A stretch of 64,000 bases of DNA from Atribacterota bacterium (GTDB lineage: Bacteria > Atribacterota > Phoenicimicrobiia > Phoenicimicrobiales > Stramentimicrobiaceae). This document shows positions 41,515-51,900 of this stretch, piece after piece. The stretch covers positions 53,420 through 117,419 of the forward strand of contig JAXGNR010000010.1 in the NCBI GenBank assembly GCA_040767965.1, in the 5' to 3' direction. Within the stretch, counting starts at the first letter, position 1; every line of letters begins with the position of its first letter. The notes beneath the pieces were generated by a model, which saw only the letters and a list, made by a program, of their open reading frames with translations, searched no databases and was not told the DNA's origin. Both the position numbers and the translations under genes were made by a program.

Positions 41515-42306
41515 ATGAAAATAGTAAGATACTTGAAGGATAATGAAATATTTTATGGGAAAATTGATAATGGAAAGATTAGAAAAATAAAAGGATGTAT
41601 TTTTGATGAACATAGTGTAACGCAAGAAGAGGTCTCAAGGGAAGAAATAAAACTGCTGGCACCTGTAATGCCCTATGACATAATAGCTATTGGGCTTAAT
41701 TATAAGAAACATGTCGATGAGGGTGGCAGATTATCTTATCCTGAAAGACCAGCTATATTTTTAAAAGCCAGATCTAGTTTAAATGGTCCTGACAGCCCAA
41801 TTATAATCCCTTCTATGGCTCCAGATCAAGTAGATTATGAAGGCGAGCTAGTAATTGTAATAGGTAAAAAAGCAAAGAATATAGAAAAAGAAGAAGTCAA
41901 AGATTATATTTTTGGTTATACATGTGGAATTGATGTCTCAGCAAGGGATTGCCAGCGGACTTTAGATGTTCAGTGGGCTAGAGGAAAATCTTTTGATACT
42001 TTTGCGACTTTAGGACCTTGGATTGAAACTAGCTTACCTGAACCTAACAATTGTACTATTATGACAAAATTAAATGGAAAAATTATGCAAAACTCCAGTA
42101 CATCTTACTTTATATTTAATACAGAAGAATTAGTAAGTTATTGTTCCAAGAATTTCACTTTATACCCAGGGACAGTGATAATGACTGGAACTCCTGAAGG
42201 AGTAGGATTTGCCAGAAAACCACCTGTTTTTATGAAGCCTGGTGATACGATAGAGGTTAATATTGAAGGGATTGGGACTTTAAGTAACAATATTGTAAAA
42301 GCATAA
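41515..42306 (+). CDS. Fumarylacetoacetate hydrolase-family protein
   Basis: IGLNYKKH, VDYEGE, DVSARD, GKSFDTF, MTGTPEGVG; close paralog of 16313-17095. Confidence 0.92.
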   Translation: MKIVRYLKDNEIFYGKIDNGKIRKIKGCIFDEHSVTQEEVSREEIKLLAPVMPYDIIAIGLNYKKHVDEGGRLSYPERPAIFLKARSSLNGPDSPIIIPSMAPDQVDYEGELVIVIGKKAKNIEKEEVKDYIFGYTCGIDVSARDCQRTLDVQWARGKSFDTFATLGPWIETSLPEPNNCTIMTKLNGKIMQNSSTSYFIFNTEELVSYCSKNFTLYPGTVIMTGTPEGVGFARKPPVFMKPGDTIEVNIEGIGTLSNNIVKA

Positions 42307-42467
42307 AAAATTTTCTTCACAATATAGGATATGCTGGTGATTTTATAATTCATTTATCTATAAGACAAATTGAATATTGAGTATGCTGCTTGTTGATAAG
42401 AGATAAGAATAGAATAAAAATAGAAAAGTATAAAAATTAAAATAATAAAAATAAAGAAGGTATAATT

Positions 42468-43742
42468 ATGAATTCCAGAATAGAATCCATTAAAGCAAGA
42501 GAAGTATTAGATATTGGATGTTTACCCACTGTAGAAGCAGAAGTAGTTCTTGAATCAGGAGTAATGGCAAGTGCTATTTGTCCAGCTGGTACTTCTACTG
42601 GTACCAATGAGGCTAAAGAATTAAGAGATGGTGATAAAGAATGGTATGGTGGCAAAGGAGTATCAAAGGCTGTAAATAATGTGAATAATGAAATTAAGAA
42701 GAATTTGATCGGTCTAGATGTATTCAAGCAAGAAGAAATAGACAAGCTTCTTATTGATTTAGATGGGACATCAGATAAATCAAGGTTAGGCGCAAATGCT
42801 ATTGTGGCAACATCTTATGCTGTAGCTAAGGCTGCTGCAAAAGCTAAAAATGTTCCTTTATATAAGTATTTATTAGGCAATAAAGGAATAGATCTTCCTA
42901 TGCCGTGGATCCTAATTATTAGTGGTGGACTTCATGCCAGAGGAAATATTGATTTTCAAGAATGGTTAGTAGCCCCAGTTTGTGCTAGATCATATAAAGA
43001 GTTCTTTAATATTACATGGAATGTAAATTCTTGTGCTGAAAATATGTTAACTCATGAAATGAAAAATAAATTAGCATTTTCTCCAGGAGGCAGGTTAGCA
43101 CCAATATTTGACTCAAATGAAGAGGAGACTGATTTTTTAAATAAGGCTATCAAAAAAGCAGGATATATCCCAGGGACAGATGTTCTTGTTTATATAGATG
43201 TAGCTGCTAGCCATTTTGTTAATGACATTAATAAATATAACCTTAAAAAAGAAAATAGAAATATTTCTTCAACTGAGATGGCTAACTATTTAGATAGTAT
43301 TATTGAAAAATATTCTATTTATGCAATAGAAGATGGATTAGGAGAAGATGATTGGAATGGGTGGATTGAACTTACAGATAAAATTGGTAAAAAAGTGGAG
43401 TTAGTTGGAGACGATTTATTTGTTACCAATCCTGTAAGATTAACTAAAGGAATAGAAAAAAATATTGCAAATGCAGTTTTAATAAAAGTTAATCAAATAG
43501 GTACTATTACAGAAGCACAAAAAACAGTTAAAATAGCGAAACAGAATAATTACAGGACTGTTATCTCATCAAGATCTCGAGAAGCAGTTGAAGAGCCAAT
43601 TATTGCACATTTAGCAATTGGTTTAAGTGTTGATGAAGGAAAGATGGGTAGACCAAGTGCAATAAATGAATTTATTAGAATAGAAGAATTATTAAAAGAA
43701 AATAATGTTCCTTTTTCTTATTCTTGGATAAATAAATTCTAG
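42468..43742 (+). CDS. Divergent enolase-like protein (GDEGG acid lost)
   Basis: GTSTG, EAKELRDG, GGLHA, DFQEW, DVAASHF, IEDG, VGDDLFVTN, IKVNQIG; GDEGGFAP replaced by SPGGRLAP and SHRSG by SSRSR. Confidence 0.85.
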   Translation: MNSRIESIKAREVLDIGCLPTVEAEVVLESGVMASAICPAGTSTGTNEAKELRDGDKEWYGGKGVSKAVNNVNNEIKKNLIGLDVFKQEEIDKLLIDLDGTSDKSRLGANAIVATSYAVAKAAAKAKNVPLYKYLLGNKGIDLPMPWILIISGGLHARGNIDFQEWLVAPVCARSYKEFFNITWNVNSCAENMLTHEMKNKLAFSPGGRLAPIFDSNEEETDFLNKAIKKAGYIPGTDVLVYIDVAASHFVNDINKYNLKKENRNISSTEMANYLDSIIEKYSIYAIEDGLGEDDWNGWIELTDKIGKKVELVGDDLFVTNPVRLTKGIEKNIANAVLIKVNQIGTITEAQKTVKIAKQNNYRTVISSRSREAVEEPIIAHLAIGLSVDEGKMGRPSAINEFIRIEELLKENNVPFSYSWINKF

Positions 43743-43752
43743 GAGGATTGAT

Positions 43753-45201
43753 TTGAGAATATTAAATAAAAAGCAAATAACCTCCCATGGTAACATAGAT
43801 GGAAGAAATGATTTATATGAAATATTAGAGGCAGGGCTTATTGAAGCAGATCCATATAACAAAATTAAAAAATTGATAAAAATAAAAAATAATTTTTTAA
43901 TTATTGGCAACAAGGAAAGTATACCAAAAGGAGACCCAAATACTGAACCTGAATCAATAAATTTAACTAAAATAAACAGGATCTTTGTCGTAGGTGCAGG
44001 AAAAGGAATTCAAAAAATTGCCAAAGCGATAGAAGATGTCTTGGGTGATTATCTTACAGGTGGTCATGTTATAGATAAAAAAGGGAACAAAATTGAGCTA
44101 GAGAAGATAGGTGTTACTTTGGGGGGGCACCCTGTTCCTGATAATGATTGTATTAAGGGGTGTCAGAAAATATTAAAAATTTTGGATAGCTGTCAAGAAG
44201 ATGATCTTGTTTTTACTATGGCAGGTAATGGAGTTTCCTCTTTATTAAGTTTACCAGTTGAAGGAGTAACATTGGAAGATGTTAGAGATACAATTTATAA
44301 ATTACAAATAGAAAGAGGGGTTCCTACATTTGACCTCTGTCATGTGAGAAATCACTTGGATTTAATGAAAGGAGGAAAGGTAACAAAGCATATTTGGCCA
44401 GCAAAGGCAATACACTTGATTGCCTATGATTATGACTATGAACATCTGATTTATAATAATCCCTGGTTACATTTTCTTCCGGATAATATGACCACCTTCG
44501 AAGGAGCTGTTCATATACTAAAAAAATGGAATGCTTGGGATAATATCCCTTCTTCGGTTAGGAACTTCCTCATCAAAGCAGACTTGAATCAGGAGGTTTT
44601 AAAACCAGATGAATTTTTAAAACATCATTTTCGTATTTTTCGATTAGCAGGAAATAATGAAATGATGAAAGCAGCAAAAATAAAATCGGAAGAATTAGGA
44701 TACAAGACTTATATGTTAACAAAATGGCCAATGAAAAGCATGTTGCAAGCAGAAGCCAAGTTGAAATGTTATCTGCTATTGCTAATAATATAGAGATTAA
44801 TGGAGAGCCTTTTAAACCTCCTTGTGTATTGCTGGCACTGGCGAGATGATAGTAACTGTTGTTGGAAATGCAAAAGGTATTGGCGGAAGGAATCAGGAAT
44901 TCACTTATCTGCAACGTACAAAATTGAGGGTAGTAAAAGTATTGTTATTGGTTCAGTTGATAGTGATGGTGATGATGGTCCTGGAATACAATTTAGTAAA
45001 GAAAAAGGATTTCAGACACTTGCAGGAGGGATAGTAGATGGATATACAGCAAATGAGGCAAAAGAAAAAAGAATTGATATATTCAAAGAAATTGACAATC
45101 ACAATACAACTCCTGCATTATTATCACTGGAAAGTGGAATATTAGCTGAACATAATATTAGTTTGGTTGACTTAACTGTTATTCTCATTCAAGGTACGTA
45201 A
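43753..45201 (+). CDS. MOFRL-family glycerate 2-kinase-like protein (frameshifts near 44750-44870)
   Basis: VVGAGK, GGHPVPD, RNHLDLMKGG, GIGGRNQE, DSDGDDGP, AGGIVDG. Confidence 0.8.
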
Positions 45202-45253
45202 GCAGAATTTAAAAATAAAAATTATAAATAATGATTGAAGGGGTAAATAAAAG

Positions 45254-46741
45254 ATGTTTTTTATACTTTTTTTTGTACTTTTAATTCTTTTTTTCGCATT
45301 TAAATCAATTGAAGTGAATTGCTGTACTTCTTTTATTGTTGGTAAAGATGCGACCATAGATGGTTCTGTTATTGCTACTCATATTGAAGAGTTGTATGGT
45401 GGAGATACAGCACAAACAATTGAGGTAATCCCAAGAAAAATATAAAAAAAATAGTGTAATTAAATTACAATCAGGGTTAGAAATTCCACAAGTAGAAATG
45501 ACCTATAAATATATACAATTTCTTAACTCAAACTATAGCCATCTTGTAACTCCAAGGAATTTATATAGTAACGACAACCCAAATGGACTAAATGAATGGC
45601 AAGTATTTACAGGAGATAATGCAGATACAGCAAGAGCAGAATTGCATGTTGATTATCTAACAAGGGAATATCCCCAGCTGAATTAAAGAGGTTTGTGGCT
45701 GAAGGGCTAGAACAGCAAGAGAGTAGAAATAATTGGAAAAATCAGTAGAAACATACGGTTTTGCCAAAGATGGTAATGGAGGAATGATGTTTTTAATAGC
45801 AGATCCCAGTGAAGGTTGGTGGGTAGAGGCTTATGTAGGTAAGCATTGGGCTGCTATGAGATGTCAGATGACGCGATTATGTTAAGGGCAAACGCTGGTC
45901 GTATTGGAAGGATAGATTTGAATGATAATAAGAATTATCTTGGAGCAAAACATCTGATTCCATATGCTATAGAAAAGGATTGTATAATCCTTCAGTTGAT
46001 GGTATTTTCAATTATAGTAAGGTTTATGGTAATGAAGAAAATAGAGTTAAAAAAGATAATTTGCAGAGAGAAATAATGGCCGTTCAATATTTTTCACAAT
46101 ATAAAGATCTAAATATTGCAAACGAAAATTTACCAGAAAACATGATTATCATACCAGAAAAAAAGATTTCTAAGGAAGATGCTATAAACTTTTTGCGCTG
46201 GCATTATGAAGGTACTAAATATGATAAGACTGATAATTATCATTTAGAAAGCCCACATCTAACTACAGAAAGAACAATATGTAGTAAATTAGCTCAGTCA
46301 GCAGCGGTAGCTCAATTGCGTGGGTTTTTACCAAATCAAATAGGTGGATGCTTGTGGTTGGCATTTGGTTCTCCTTGCACAAGCGCTTTTCTCCCCTGGT
46401 ATCTCGGTATTAATGATTCACCAGAAGTATATGATAAAGCAATCGATATATATGATGAAAAAAAGGCTTTTTGGCGCTTTAAGGAAATTTCCATATTATC
46501 AAATGCCAATTATAAAGAGCTCTATAAAATAATTAGACCTATTTGGGAGAATCAAGAAAAAGAAGAGTTTACTTTGCAATCAATTATAGAAAAAGTAGCT
46601 CTTGATACTTTTAATAGCGATAAAGAAAAAGTAGAATTATTTCTTAATAATTATTCAAATTCATGGGCATTAAGGGCATATGATAAATTAAATCAATTAA
46701 AGAAAGATTGTTTAACAAAATTAGCAGAGCAGAATAACTAA
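45254..46741 (+). pseudogene. Secreted C69-family dipeptidase/Ntn-hydrolase, frameshifted
   Basis: Signal peptide followed by CTSFIVGKDATIDGS; GLNEWQV, IADPSEGWW, LRWHYEGT, WLAFGSP...FLPWY, AFW. Confidence 0.75.
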
Positions 46742-46809
46742 AAAAATTTAAGATTTTAAAAGTTAGTTAATTTTTTAATATTTACAATTTTATTTGAAAA
46801 ATTATTTTT

Positions 46810-48100
46810 TTAAGAATTACTGGAAGCGGTAACAGTATTCTCGTTTTCTAATTTTAAAACTTGGGTTTCTGGTAGCATTCTTAAAAGAATAATTGCTGAA
46901 AACTGACATATAATTAATAAAAAAATTAGTGAAAATGGTCCAAAAATACCCCATAATGTACCGCTGGAAACATTGCCTATTTGGGCCATTATTCCTTTAA
47001 GTAAACCCTGAAAACCAAACCATTCAACCATATATTCTTTTGATACTGCCTCGGCAGCCATTCCTCCTGAAGTTACAACACTAAAGAAAACAAATCCTTG
47101 GAAAAAACCGGATATTATTAACATAAATTGAGATTGTGCCGTAGATAACATTATAAATGAGAGTATTGAGATTAATAAAAAAAATGTAATAGTGGTTTTT
47201 CTTCCAAACCTATCCGCTAATCTTCCTGCAGGTATTGCTAATAACAGAGTGCAAGCCCAAAAGGCTGACTGCATTAATCCAATAATTAAAGGACTGGCAT
47301 TTTTTGCCTGTTGTGCAAATAAAGGAACATAAATATTTAGAACGAACCAAGGAATTTGAATTAGAGACAAAGTTATGATGAGTAGTTTTAGGTTCAAATA
47401 CTTTTTTTGATTTAATAAATTTTTTATAGTTACAAAAGATTCTTTTTTATCGGCTAATTTAATAGGTCTTCTTTGTTTAATTAAAAAAGAAGGATCCAAG
47501 TACCATTTTTTTACTGCTAAAAAAGTTATTAAAAATCCCACTGTGGCAATTATATAAAGAATTGAAATTCCTGAGAAATCCGAATTATGGTTTTGTTTGT
47601 GAGTAAAAAATATTAATAATACAGAGCCTATTGAGGGTGCAATAATTTTTGGAATACTAGCAAGCATGTCACATGTTTGCATAGCAGTAACACGCGTATC
47701 ATTATTCAAACATAATCCACATACTGTTGGGCAGTGATGCAACATTGTATGCCAGGAAAACATAAATAAGCCTACACCTAAAGCAGCAGTAAAAGAATTT
47801 TTTGCTGTAGCTAATAAAACTGAGCTTATACCTATGCTTATAATTGTTAATAAAAAAATGCTTTAAGACTATATTTTTTTATATTATTTACTGCTAAAAA
47901 AGAAATTATTCCACCAGTAATTCCAGCAAAGCTAGTTATCCATCCAAGTTGAGTTGGAGATAACCCCAAACTAAATGCATAAATTGATTGTAAAGGAAGT
48001 ACTAAATAATAAAAAAATGAACAAATATAACTCTAATTACGTTAAATTTAAAAGCTTTTTCTTGTTGGTTAAAAATATTTGCTATATTTTTAAAAAAAAA
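46810..48100 (-). pseudogene. MFS transporter, 5' part frameshifted (start uncertain)
   Basis: GRLADRFGRK; upstream frames encode LPLQSIYAFSLGLSPTQLG-like TM segments. Confidence 0.7.
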
Positions 48101-48315
48101 TATAATAATATTTTGCATTTTTCTTTTTTACGATTTTCTTTTTAAGAATGTTGTATTCTAGCATGCATTATTATCATAGTCAATATTTTAATTTTTCTTC
48201 AAAAATAAAATAAATCATTTTCGCTGTAAATATTATCTTTGTTGGAAGATTATAATTTCCAGTATTAGGTAGATGGAGTTAAGGTTATTTTAAAAAATCA
48301 AACATAAAGTCAAAT

Positions 48316-48349
48316 AAAAAACCCTTTGCTTTCGCTAAAGAGGGTTTTT
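48316..48349 (-). terminator. Terminator of the RRM gene
   Basis: AAAAACCCT...AGGGTTTTT stem with T-tracts on both sides. Confidence 0.75.
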
Positions 48350-48361
48350 GTTATAATTTTT

Positions 48362-48640
48362 TTAATTAAAATCTTCTTCTGGGACCAGAATTAAAATCTC
48401 TTCTGGCTGACGAGGACGAGCTTCATCAATTTTTAATGGGCGTCCCTGGAATTCCTGGTCATTTAATGCTGATTTTGCTGCTTCTGCTTCTTCTTTAGAA
48501 GACATTTCAACAAAACCAAACCCTTTGCCTTCAATGATGTTGACGCTTTGAACAGTACCATGGTTTTCGAACAGTTCTTTCAGTTGGTCTTCATTGACTG
48601 CATAGTTCAGGTTTCCTACATAAAGTTTGTTTCCTTCCAT
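48362..48640 (-). CDS. Single-RRM RNA-binding protein (RbpA-like)
   Basis: RNP2 LYVGNL, RNP1 KGFGFVEM, GRPLKIDEAR; C-terminus may be frameshifted. Confidence 0.92.
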   Translation of the reverse strand: MEGNKLYVGNLNYAVNEDQLKELFENHGTVQSVNIIEGKGFGFVEMSSKEEAEAAKSALNDQEFQGRPLKIDEARPRQPEEILILVPEEDFN

Positions 48641-48863
48641 CTATCTTACCTCCTTCTTAAGTTTTTTGATTCAGTAACATTTCTTTAGAGGCAAGGTAGA
48701 GCAAAGAAAAAGAAAACAGAAAGCTCTAATTAAATATCACTGAGAAAATCCAAAATACCTTGCAATATCTTTGATATTTTTACTATTGGGTATCTTATTT
48801 ATATTATAAATAACAAACTTAATTATAATGAAAAAATATTTTATGTCAAATATTTTATTTTTG

Positions 48864-50547
48864 GTCTGTGTCAAATTTTGTAGGTACTTTTTTCCACTGC
48901 CAAAATGTTTATGGTTTAAGGCAGAGCTACCTTACAGATTTGAAAAGACTATATTAGTTTTAATACACATCAAATACCCTTTATTTATTTACAGTCATAA
49001 ATACTAAATATGCTTTTTAAATTTTTTCTATTTAATTACACAAGCTCTAATTGAGATAATTTTTCAAAACACCTACCCAGGGTTTATCCTGATTCGGTCC
49101 ATCCAAGGCCGGGATCTTAGCCTGATTACCGGGGAAGAAGAAACTTTTGGTAAAAGAAGATGCTGATAAGGGTGGTTTAAGTGGTGTTATCTTGATAGGA
49201 TGGTTCCTTTCTTGCCCCACCAGAATCCCACTTGCCATTAGAATGGTTTCTTTTACCTTCAGTAAAGAGAATGCCCTTTTTTGCTCCAGCTCTGCCCTGC
49301 TTTTAAAGCGGTTAGCAATGGCCAGTTTGACATTGATCAATCGCCTGTTTTGGCGATGTCCTTGTCCTTTAGAGTTGCCTGATTACTGATCCCTGGCGGT
49401 TGTTCGCTATATAGAGTAAAAAGTCTGCCAAAAGCTTTTTCTGTTTTGGCTCAGAAGAGACTACCAAGAGATTGTCAATCCTGGCTAGGCTTATCAATCC
49501 GTCGGATAAAAGTAAGCTTCTGATCAGCTTCTGCTGGGTCTTATTGCCCGGAAGAGCTTCCTTGAGGCGTTTGTTCAGGTGAAACGGCAAGTAGATAAGT
49601 GGCAGAAGGGAAGTAGTCACGGATTCCGAGGTGATCCACTTGTCTCCGTCTGCCCCGAAGTACTGCTTTTTAGATTGGGAGATGTTTAGTTCTTCTTCTG
49701 CTCTTAGGCTAAAGTTATACATAAAATTCTTGCCGGTACCCAGGTAGAGGAACTTTTCTTTCAGTCTTTGGGAATTACGGAATAACGATTTTCCTTACCA
49801 CAATAACCGATCCCGATTTTGACTTCCAGCTTTTTGTCTTTTTCCGGTTTCTGTAGTTTGAGATAGGTGGCATCAGCTTCGGTATAGACAACATCCGGTG
49901 CTTCTTTTGCGGAAATATCCAGATTCTCCAGCTGCTGTAGTCTCTTTTTTCATGTTCGATGATCAGCCTAGCCTCAGATAGTACGTTTTTGCGTATAGAT
50001 CATGGCTGCGGGTATGACCCAGTAAAAGCTGGTTTGGCCTACCACTTCCGGTAGGAAGATACTGGCAAGTAAACACCGGTCATGGCACGGGAAGGCTGAT
50101 CCGCTGGTTTTTGATGGTAGAAAGAGCCTCATCCAACAGGTATTGGGCTTTACCGGTCTTCTCAAGGTAACGGGTGCGGGAAAGGAGACATCACCAAAAC
50201 GGGTTAAGAAGGTTTTGCTTTACCGGTATTTTTCAGTTTTCCACGTCTTCTGTTCTTGCGCAGGTAGTCATCAATATCAGAGAGCACTTTGGTAAAGACC
50301 ATCTGGGCAATTTTTTGCATCATGTCAAAGATCAGGTTCTCTAGAGTGTCAAAGGTGAGATCCTTTATTGGAATTTCTACCTTGACTGGGGAAAAGTTAT
50401 GGTTATCATATCAATATCCATAGGTGTAGTCTTACCTCCTTTATTTAAAGGATACTTGATGGGTATTTTTAGGTAAGTCTACACCTTTTTTATGTTAGTA
50501 AGCAAGTTTAAAGTATCTTTAAGTACCCCAGTAAATTTTACACTAAC
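48864..50547 (-). mobile_element. ISLre2-family insertion sequence with 7-bp target duplication
   Basis: Ends GTCTGTGTCAAATTTTGTAGGTACTT and GTTAGTGTAAAATTTACTGGGGTACTT; ATTTTTG duplicated at 48857-48863 and 50548-50554. Confidence 0.8.
49047..50421 (-). pseudogene. ISLre2/UPF0236 transposase, multiply frameshifted
   Basis: FLTRFGDVSF, YTEADATY, GADGDKWI, FHLNKRL, YIANNRQG, IANRFK fragments; AGGAGG RBS before 50421. Confidence 0.78.
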
Positions 50548-50635
50548 ATTTTTGTGTACTTGTATAAAATAATACTTTTGTATTGATTTAAAAGCTTATC
50601 TTGCGCATCGCTAAGGAATAATCTATAATTACTTT

Positions 50636-51595
50636 ATGATTAAAAAAAATAACTTAAAATGTCTTTTTATAATTATATTATTACTTCTTGCCATTATTAG
50701 TTTTCCTGTTCACTTAGCTGCCCAGAATAGACCAAAAATTGGACTTGCATTGGGAGTTGGAGGAGCCCGGGGTTATGTTCATATTGGGGTAATAAAAGCA
50801 TTGAAAAAGAAGGTATTAAAATAGATTATATTGCTGGAAGTAAAAGCCGGGAGTTTGATTGGATCCCTTTATGCCCTAGGATTCAGTATTTCTGAAATCG
50901 AAAAGGTGATGCTGGAAGAGGATTTTAAAGATTATATAACATTTGAAAATATTTCTCTGAAGATGGAACAAGATGAAAATAATAGAAATTTTCTAAATTT
51001 CGCATTAAACATAAAAAATATATTTTCCAAACCCAGTTTGCCTATGGGGCTTATTTCCGCCATTGGTATCAGAGACCGGCTTGATGATATTACTAACTGG
51101 GCTCATTTTGAGCTTGATTTAAAGATCCCTTTTAAGGCAGTTGCTACTGATTTAGTTACAGGAGAAATGGTTGTTCTGGATGAGGGGAAAGTCTCTAATG
51201 CAGTAGCGGCTTCCATTTCAGTTCCCGGAATGTTTGCTCCTTTTCAATATGACGGGAAAATACTGGTAGATGGTGGCATGAAAAATCCTGTTCCTGCCGA
51301 TATAGCAAGAGAGATGGGTGCGGATATTGTGATAGCCGTAAATCTATGGGACATTACAGAAGAACCAGATAATCTGATGAGTATTTTTTATGTTGCTGAA
51401 AGAAGTATTGATATAATGGTGAGAGATTTAACTGAACGTTCTCTTGTCAATGCTGATATAGTGATACAACCAACTTACCAGGGAAAGTATTCTTTTTTTA
51501 TGGATAAAGAAGAGAGAATAAATTATATTAAACTTGGAGAGTCAGAGGTTCAAAAAAAAGTAACTTCTATAAAGGAATTAATTAATAATTTCTAA
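50636..51595 (+). CDS. Secreted patatin-like phospholipase (frameshift at the nucleophile motif)
   Basis: Signal peptide, PKIGLALGVGGARG, IAGS../AGSLIGSLYA, AVATDL, LVDGG. Confidence 0.8.
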
Positions 51596-51774
51596 AAAAT
51601 AATCTTCTCTTTAGCTACTCATTTTCCCATTAAAATATATTTGCAATCTGCATTTAAGATAGATAAATATTTTTATAATAATTATAATAATAATATAACA
51701 TTTTAATAATTAGACGATTGAATTTGAATATTCAAGTGTGTTACAATGTTGCTAATTCAAATCGCGTTAAAAGC

Positions 51775-51828
51775 CATTCTATTTCCTTGTTTTATTTTTA
51801 AAGGCAAGGGGATAGAATGGTTCTTTTT
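51775..51828 (+). terminator. Terminator/attenuator hairpin upstream of the MFS gene
   Basis: CCATTCTATTTCCTTGTTT / AGGCAAGGGGATAGAATGG (with G-U pairs) followed by TTCTTTTT. Confidence 0.65.
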
Positions 51829-51900
51829 AGGAGAAAATTTTCTGTATTAATAAAAAAATAATGATAATATTTATATCTTGATAAATAGAAAGAAGTAGAA

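Noticed and set aside
30509-43742. Calling either enolase-like gene eno
   Set aside because: Both lack the conserved GDEGG general acid and the SHRS His, so glycolytic function is unsupported
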